Part shown: positions 58,446 to 64,000 of the stretch, piece by piece
Layout of the letters: each line of letters starts with the position of its first letter
Position numbering within the stretch: the first letter of the stretch is position 1
Sequence record: MH791411.1
Length of the DNA stretch: 64,000 nt
Direction: 5' to 3' (one strand)
The notes under the pieces: model-generated
Seen by the model: only the letters and a program-made list of their open reading frames with translations
Told to the model about the DNA's origin: nothing
The model's database searches: none
Made by a program: the position numbers and the translations under genes

Positions 58446-58732
58446 AAAAATGTTACCTCGTTAGATGGGTAGTTACGATATATTTGTGAATTATGTTCCA
58501 CACCATGAATTGTTATATGCCCGTTGTAGAAAAAAGTAATATCTACAACTTTGAGTTCTTTACGTTTTTTAGTACTGAAATATCTACCCACTAACGCAGC
58601 ATATATATAATCCCTGTACTCTTGAGTAATGAATTTATACATATTATGATTTGCACTACACTTTTCATCATAAGTATTAGTATATTCTTTCATCAGTATA
58701 GCATATGTTTTTTGTATCAATATAATATTCAT
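58442..58732 (-). CDS. hypothetical protein (I/F-Q-TY paralog family)
   Basis: MNIILIQKTY start. Confidence 0.65.
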   Translation of the reverse strand: MNIILIQKTYAILMKEYTNTYDEKCSANHNMYKFITQEYRDYIYAALVGRYFSTKKRKELKVVDITFFYNGHITIHGVEHNSQIYRNYPSNEVTFL

Positions 58733-59115
58733 CTATAGTTTAATATTGAAATGGGTAGACTATATATATGTACGTAAAGTTTATCAACTCTTTCCATATT
58801 CACTTTTAAAGTACTTCCAAGACGACTGATGCTATCTATGCGATAAAGCACGTCATTCAGCATCATTACGGTATCGGTGTAATCTTCACTAAGAGATTCA
58901 ATGTAGATATCTTCAAGTTTCACATCCGTGCGTGGGATATCTAAATCCCTCAATAAACGCAGTGTTTGCACGATCAGTTCAGCTTTAGTCATGGATACGC
59001 TCACAATTAAGGCAATAAATGCACTCAATGTCAGGTCGCCATGATTTATCAAAATCTTTGTGCTGTTCTTCAGTGTATTCCGAATCATCATTGATGGGAA
59101 AGAAATCACCAGCAC
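58729..59115 (-). CDS. hypothetical protein
   Basis: real start probably MTKAEL. Confidence 0.55.
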   Translation of the reverse strand: MLVISFPSMMIRNTLKNSTKILINHGDLTLSAFIALIVSVSMTKAELIVQTLRLLRDLDIPRTDVKLEDIYIESLSEDYTDTVMMLNDVLYRIDSISRLGSTLKVNMERVDKLYVHIYSLPISILNYR

Positions 59116-59185
59116 CAGTGGCCCAGTCTGAATCTAAACGGAAACGAGCTAATTGAGTACTGTTGCAATATGGACATTTATTCAA
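58985..59185 (-). CDS. small zinc-ribbon protein
   Basis: CPYC ... CIYCLNC. Confidence 0.65.
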   Translation of the reverse strand: MNKCPYCNSTQLARFRLDSDWATGAGDFFPINDDSEYTEEQHKDFDKSWRPDIECIYCLNCERIHD

Positions 59186-59462
59186 AATTTATTCCTTCTA
59201 ACTGATATACGTTTAATGAAAATGACCCACTATTATTATCGCATCTGAAACACAGTGTTAAAGAACCATTAAAACTAACAACATCAGTACATATACATTT
59301 TTCACCATTGGATATGATAGATTTTCCTATATATAAATCTCTTACTATAGTACGGTAATGTTGCCATAAAAAATAATACACACTTTCATAGTACTCATCT
59401 TTTACATATGACAAGTATAAGAATTTATAAAATACTTGTATTTCCTTTAAGTTGTTTTTCAT
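59178..59462 (-). CDS. tandem paralog
   Basis: LKEIQVFYKFLY. Confidence 0.7.
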   Translation of the reverse strand: MKNNLKEIQVFYKFLYLSYVKDEYYESVYYFLWQHYRTIVRDLYIGKSIISNGEKCICTDVVSFNGSLTLCFRCDNNSGSFSLNVYQLEGINFE

Positions 59463-59736
59463 TCTCCAACTCCAGTAAATTTACACCAATCCAATCAACA
59501 TCACTATCAGTACTTAATTCCAATCGTAGCTTACCGCTATGACTAACAATATCGCGGAATTTGTATATTTTATTATCACGAACTATACACAAATCATGGT
59601 AATATTCATGTAATTCATCCAAAAACTTTATCCATACCGAACGATAGATTTCACCGTAGAGATATTCTCCAGCATCAACCGTAGCGTATTGGATATACAA
59701 AAATTTGTATGTGAATTGTATATCATTAAGATTCAT
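59425..59736 (-). CDS. tandem paralog
   Basis: LNDIQFTYKFLY. Confidence 0.7.
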   Translation of the reverse strand: MNLNDIQFTYKFLYIQYATVDAGEYLYGEIYRSVWIKFLDELHEYYHDLCIVRDNKIYKFRDIVSHSGKLRLELSTDSDVDWIGVNLLELENEKQLKGNTSIL

Positions 59737-59746
59737 ATGTCAATCC

Positions 59747-60058
59747 TTATAGGTCCGTTAACTTCAAAACTTTGATCTCCATAAATTCCCTATCAGTTTT
59801 TTCAAGAAATTCTACATGGATAATACCTTGATAAGATTTGACACCTGAATATTCGAATATATCATCTCCATCAGTGTAAGTACTGTAATTCTTTTTTATA
59901 TATTCAGCAATAGAATCTAAGTAATCATAGTAATTATGAATAAATGGTGATTCTTTTGATTCTACATGTTCACCAATCTTCCCACTAAAAAGATACATGT
60001 CATACAAACCGTATATATTTTTATATGTGAATTGAACATCATTCAAATTTAATTTCAA
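59747..60058 (-). CDS. tandem paralog
   Basis: LNDVQFTYKNIY. Confidence 0.7.
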   Translation of the reverse strand: MKLNLNDVQFTYKNIYGLYDMYLFSGKIGEHVESKESPFIHNYYDYLDSIAEYIKKNYSTYTDGDDIFEYSGVKSYQGIIHVEFLEKTDREFMEIKVLKLTDL

Positions 60059-60315
60059 GGGAATATCTCCAGAGGAACACTCGTAAATCCAAAATCTGTG
60101 AAGAACTGTACCTCAACTTTACCATCGAGCTTAATGATTATATCTGAAAATTCTGCATGATCGTTATTAATAATTACAGTACTGAATTTTTCTTTAATCC
60201 TCTCACGCACAGTATTAATCATTTCATTACATGTATCTTCTAAAAATATACTATTATTTTTATTTGCTAGGTCACGAATGCACTTGAATGTTAATTGGAA
60301 ATCTTTATAATTCAT
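60055..60315 (-). CDS. tandem paralog
   Basis: MNYKDFQLTFK. Confidence 0.7.
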   Translation of the reverse strand: MNYKDFQLTFKCIRDLANKNNSIFLEDTCNEMINTVRERIKEKFSTVIINNDHAEFSDIIIKLDGKVEVQFFTDFGFTSVPLEIFP

Positions 60316-60581
60316 ATATTCACCAAATCCACAGAGAATAGGTCGTTATCAAATTTATATGAAAGTACTAATCTACCACCGAAACTATCTACTCTAAGTA
60401 TCTTTCGTTTTTTTCCATTAATGACAATTTCAGTATTAACAAAATACTCACGTAATTCTTCTAGATAATTTGACCATATTTTATGGGTAAACGCATTTTT
60501 ATTAATTGTGTTAGTACTTCGGTGATTGTGGTGTAATTTAAATAATTCCATATAAGTGAATTGTATATGTTTGTAATTCAT
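60312..60581 (-). CDS. tandem paralog
   Basis: MNYKHIQFTY. Confidence 0.7.
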   Translation of the reverse strand: MNYKHIQFTYMELFKLHHNHRSTNTINKNAFTHKIWSNYLEELREYFVNTEIVINGKKRKILRVDSFGGRLVLSYKFDNDLFSVDLVNI

Positions 60582-60592
60582 ATTTCCCCTTA

Positions 60593-60621
60593 CAAAAATA
60601 GCCCGAACTTATGTCGGGCTA
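60593..60621 (-). terminator. intrinsic terminator
   Basis: TAGCCCGA/TCGGGCTA stem plus U-tract. Confidence 0.8.
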
Positions 60622-60627
60622 TATGTA

Positions 60628-61287
60628 TTATTCATCGTCATCATCGTCGTCGAGATCTAGGTAAATGTCACTATCACCATCATCGAAGTACTCAACCACT
60701 ACACCAGGAATGTTCAGTGCTGTGAACATCGCATCATATTTTTCATCAGATGGGATAAGAACAAACTCATCAATGCTTTGAATTTCAGGCATACGATCTT
60801 CAGGAATACCCATTTGCAATAAGGATTGGATGATTTTTTCTTTGTATTCTTGGAACTTCTCTTCTGATTCAAAATCCATAATAAGTTGTGCTACATAACC
60901 ATCTTCGTTACCAAATGCGATTGACATTTGTGCATCAGTACCGACATATGACCATGTACGCTTGCCAGTATTTTTCTCAATGAAGTTCTGAATTTCAAGA
61001 ACGATTTCATGACGAGAACTATTGGCAATGTTGTTAAGGTTAGCAACACCAGCAATAATTTCTGAACTGTCATTGGATTCTTCGAATGTGCCATAGTCAC
61101 CTAATACATATTGAACACCATCACAATGTAATGCATATGCATAATCCAAATCAGCAAGTGAATCACACTTACCACGGATTGGGCGTAGGGAAAGCCCTAG
61201 GCGAAGATAACGAAAATATGTATTAGTATTTGTATTTGTCAACGTAATGCTCCTTAACAATATAAAAGTAGTTGCTGTTGTTGTCAA
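60628..61287 (-). CDS. hypothetical protein with acidic tail
   Basis: ORF; start uncertain. Confidence 0.7.
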   Translation of the reverse strand: MTTTATTFILLRSITLTNTNTNTYFRYLRLGLSLRPIRGKCDSLADLDYAYALHCDGVQYVLGDYGTFEESNDSSEIIAGVANLNNIANSSRHEIVLEIQNFIEKNTGKRTWSYVGTDAQMSIAFGNEDGYVAQLIMDFESEEKFQEYKEKIIQSLLQMGIPEDRMPEIQSIDEFVLIPSDEKYDAMFTALNIPGVVVEYFDDGDSDIYLDLDDDDDDE

Positions 61288-61531
61288 AAAAGATGACTAA
61301 TCCTTTGTAGACATTTACACCAATCTTGATTTGGCATATTTTATTCGATTTACAAGCCTCAGTCAATAACATTTTGTGCTCTTTACTGAAAGTGTGGAAG
61401 AGTGGTTTTACATGCCACATCTCCACACCATCTAGTACTGGAAAATGTTCACTGAATTTGATCATTGATTCTTGCAAAAAATAACCTGTTAGATTTGAAT
61501 CATCAGACATGTAAGTTCGCCAGGAAGTCAA
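61223..61531 (-). CDS. hypothetical protein
   Basis: real start probably MSDDS. Confidence 0.6.
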   Translation of the reverse strand: MTSWRTYMSDDSNLTGYFLQESMIKFSEHFPVLDGVEMWHVKPLFHTFSKEHKMLLTEACKSNKICQIKIGVNVYKGLVIFFDNNSNYFYIVKEHYVDKYKY

Positions 61532-61796
61532 TTACTTCGTCATGTGTTAACTTATCACTACGCTCTAGAACATTGATGATGAATGGTGTTTGACTATATA
61601 ATTCAGCCAGAAACGCAACTTCATCAGATGTATAAGAATATCCCATAGGAACAACTTGTGCAGTCCAGTTTCCTAAAGTTTTGTTTGCAATGATTGCAAC
61701 CACCGTATTACCTTTGAATTCAACATGGATTGAACGGAAACCCGAATCCTCATTCTGATCCCAAAGTACTGGGTTAGTTTTAAACAGTACTGACAT
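61503..61796 (-). CDS. hypothetical protein
   Basis: 97 aa ORF. Confidence 0.7.
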   Translation of the reverse strand: MSVLFKTNPVLWDQNEDSGFRSIHVEFKGNTVVAIIANKTLGNWTAQVVPMGYSYTSDEVAFLAELYSQTPFIINVLERSDKLTHDEVIDFLANLHV

Positions 61797-61798
61797 AG

Positions 61799-62332
61799 TT
61801 ATTTCCTCATGTATTTTATTACATCTTCAAATAGTTTAGTTTTCAGTGCATCATCATTACCAGGTAGAAAAGTACTGAAGCTATTAAAATCTTCATTCTT
61901 GGCAAACTCACGCATCTGTGTGGAACTGTAGCGACTTATATTTCGGTCAATTCCAGCTTGAACTGCCTTGATTGAACAAAAATTATATAACTTCCCATTG
62001 TACGTGTCAAGTGTTTTTTGGAATGGTTCAAGTCTATCTGAACCACATATGAAAAGAACATCTAAGTACTTTCCATCCAGTTCTCTCATTATATCAAACA
62101 GATTATCTTCTGTATAGATATTTTCTTGTACAGATGGGTAAAATCCTTCTGTATAGTACATTTTCAGTTCAGGAGGTAATGGGTTTTTGATGGCATCAGT
62201 ACTGGTACTAAGGAATATTTTCAAATCAGCATTGTACTGTTCTTGTAGTGCTTGAGCTTTTTCAAACACTAAACCATGACCTCGATGTACAGGGTTAATT
62301 CTTCCGAATGTCACTACGCATGTTTCTTTCAT
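61799..62332 (-). CDS. cytidylyltransferase-like (HxGH) nucleotidyltransferase
   Basis: TFGRINPVHRGH, KNPL, GSDR, SSTQMR motifs. Confidence 0.85.
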   Translation of the reverse strand: MKETCVVTFGRINPVHRGHGLVFEKAQALQEQYNADLKIFLSTSTDAIKNPLPPELKMYYTEGFYPSVQENIYTEDNLFDIMRELDGKYLDVLFICGSDRLEPFQKTLDTYNGKLYNFCSIKAVQAGIDRNISRYSSTQMREFAKNEDFNSFSTFLPGNDDALKTKLFEDVIKYMRK

Positions 62333-62853
62333 ATGTTCTTCATCACCTGACCAATAGATTTAAGATGGTTGATTTTAGCTGGAGTCAAATACTTATCCAG
62401 TACTATTAAACAACTAGGGAATGGAGCACTGTCAGTCTTTTTATCTGGTTCTTCAGGGATACCGAACTTTAAGCGACCTTTTATAAAACAAATACAATCA
62501 CAAACTTTCGCAGCATAATCCTGAAAGGCTATAGTATCAGTTCTTGATGGTACGAGAATCAGTACTGTAGCACCTTTGTTATATGCATCAACTGCCTTAG
62601 ATAACCACGTTTTCAAATCACTGTACGGTGGGTTGAGCCACACGATATTGTTTCCCCAGTCCTGTTCAAGTGAATTGTCTTCTGGTGTAAAGAAATTATC
62701 ACACAATGCTGTTTCTTTAACACATGCTGCATCTAGTGTAAATCCCCAGAGTTCATCCAAATCTTCAAAGAAATCCTTTGGAGTAGTCCAGTTATCTTTC
62801 CCAGTACTGAAATGTACTGATTGTTTTTTCTTCGAAGCATCCTTCTTCGACAT
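62329..62853 (-). CDS. phage DNA N6-adenine methyltransferase (Dam-like, NPPY)
   Basis: W-TP--FF--LD---GFTLDAAC, WLNPPYS, LVPSRTDT, GRLKF, APFPS. Confidence 0.9.
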   Translation of the reverse strand: MSKKDASKKKQSVHFSTGKDNWTTPKDFFEDLDELWGFTLDAACVKETALCDNFFTPEDNSLEQDWGNNIVWLNPPYSDLKTWLSKAVDAYNKGATVLILVPSRTDTIAFQDYAAKVCDCICFIKGRLKFGIPEEPDKKTDSAPFPSCLIVLDKYLTPAKINHLKSIGQVMKNI

Positions 62854-62869
62854 ACATAATTTCCTTTGA

Positions 62870-63415
62870 TTATAGACAGTTAAGTACTATGTCATCAAAA
62901 GTACTACTGTCAATGTTGTATTCATATAAAAATTTAAAATGTGATCCATAACGCATCATCAGATTAAACTCTTCTTCAGTATTAAATTTGTAATCATGAA
63001 GAGTTTCAAGGGTACATGTTAAACCTAAAAACTCAATAATTTCTGATGTTACATCATTTCCTGAATTGAAGTATTTAACCCAAACACATTTTCCTTGTGG
63101 GTTGAATTTTCTATATTCTCCTTCTAGTTCTCCATTGACGATATGTGCTTTCGCACTGATTAGATTATTACTATAACGCTCTTCGTAGTAGTTCCCATAA
63201 CGAGCTTTAAGAATTGTAGGCTTCTTGGTTGGGAATAACTTAATGGAAGTTAATTCAAAACCGCACTGCAACTCTTTGATGTACGAAATACATCCCTTTT
63301 CTTTAATCACAACAAAACCAGTAAAATTCTCTTGGTCTTGGTTCTGATTGTCTGAATCAACAAATTCTAGTGTTTTATAAGTGACGCTTTTAGATTTTTT
63401 AATAAATGACATCAT
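62870..63415 (-). CDS. hypothetical protein with MORN-like repeat and EEEF C-terminal motif
   Basis: NGELEGEYRKFNPQGK; TEEEFNLMMRYG. Confidence 0.7.
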   Translation of the reverse strand: MMSFIKKSKSVTYKTLEFVDSDNQNQDQENFTGFVVIKEKGCISYIKELQCGFELTSIKLFPTKKPTILKARYGNYYEERYSNNLISAKAHIVNGELEGEYRKFNPQGKCVWVKYFNSGNDVTSEIIEFLGLTCTLETLHDYKFNTEEEFNLMMRYGSHFKFLYEYNIDSSTFDDIVLNCL

Positions 63416-63532
63416 TATTCCTATGGAAACATCAATGACTGTACATGGCGTTGACTACATCAACACCAGTCGAATTATACACGCTTCGCATGTCTAATTC
63501 GACGAAAGTACTATGATTTGTTTTAATTAATA

Positions 63533-64000
63533 TTGACGGGGTTTGCTTGAGCATATTTCATCCCCCCCGCAGGGGAAAGAACAAAAAAAGTTTGACGCTG
63601 GTGGCCTTCACATAGTTCATATCACGAATTCTCTTACGAGGCGAAAGCGGGTTGCTCTGTTTCTCTCTATCGCGGTTCTTGTAGCAACGGTCGTCGGTCT
63701 TAAACATCCCGACACATAATACAAATACCATATGACCAGTACTTGTATTTGATTTCACGAATTTTGGACGCAACTATATTGTATAAATTACGACCGCAAA
63801 TTTCTCATGAAATCTCCCTTAGATAATTGGTAAGGTGCGATCCTTATATGTCTATCGAGGAACTCTCTTTATCCTATTGGAGTTCTTTATACAGCCGCAT
63901 TGCCGTGAGTGGTTCAAACTATGCCATCATCTAACGGGTTTCATTTGCTGTTCGTACTGAAAGGACTACTCATCTACCCTCTACTTTTCGAGTGGATTAG
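63533..64000 (-). ncRNA. candidate large structured ncRNA, copy 2 (5' end beyond window)
   Basis: collinear conserved blocks with 12719-13260, e.g. 63641-63676 vs 12879-12914 (34/36) and 63875-63897 vs 13103-13125 (23/23). Confidence 0.7.

Noticed and set aside
1037-62869. Plus-strand ORFs in the track (e.g. 15528..15824, 34756..35109, 57890..58285)
   Set aside because: They lie antisense to well-supported minus-strand genes, are low-complexity Ser/Phe/Ile-rich shadows and lack RBS or motifs.
63892-63916. Group II intron domain V look-alike (AGCCG...GGTTC)
   Set aside because: Too short, poorly paired in copy 1, on the opposite strand from the G-U evidence; no domain VI, AY end or RT.
1-64000. 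tRNA genes, CRISPR arrays, integrase, introns or inteins in nrdD/ligase
   Set aside because: No cloverleaf/TpsiC motifs, no regularly spaced repeats, and nrdD and ligase are of normal length and uninterrupted.

Overview
64 kb of an AT-rich (roughly one-third GC) lytic phage genome with about 130 tightly packed genes, essentially all on the minus strand. Recognisable products: glutaredoxin, two Nudix hydrolases, CCA-adding enzyme, HPF-like protein, LysM-lysozyme, 2H phosphoesterase, thymidine kinase, Dps/ferritin-like protein, HNH nuclease, i/o-spanins, ACP-like protein, Pol-beta nucleotidyltransferase, three paralogous virion/tail-fibre-like proteins, NrdG/NrdD, two deaminases, PIN-PhoH, Sir2, Ntn peptidase, ClpP, DNA ligase, phosphatases, PseT, RNA ligase 1, cytidylyltransferase-like protein and an N6-adenine methyltransferase. 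This gene content suggests a T4-related jumbo myovirus of the RaK2/GAP32/PBECO4 type (inference, not database-checked). Main unexplained features: (1) two paralogous non-coding elements of about 570 nt (12719-13287 and 63533->64000) with conserved blocks and G-U-compatible substitutions, candidates for a large structured ncRNA; (2) roughly 6-10-fold enrichment of the palindrome AGTACT (often CAGTACTG) in all three reading frames; (3) a recurring promoter-like motif (GG/TA)GACA-N13-TGATATAAT; (4) an ACP-like domain lacking its phosphopantetheine serine; (5) duplicated unannotated 40-aa peptides ending in a MinD-MTS-like helix. No tRNA, rRNA, CRISPR array, integrase, intron or intein was recognised. 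All counts were made by eye.
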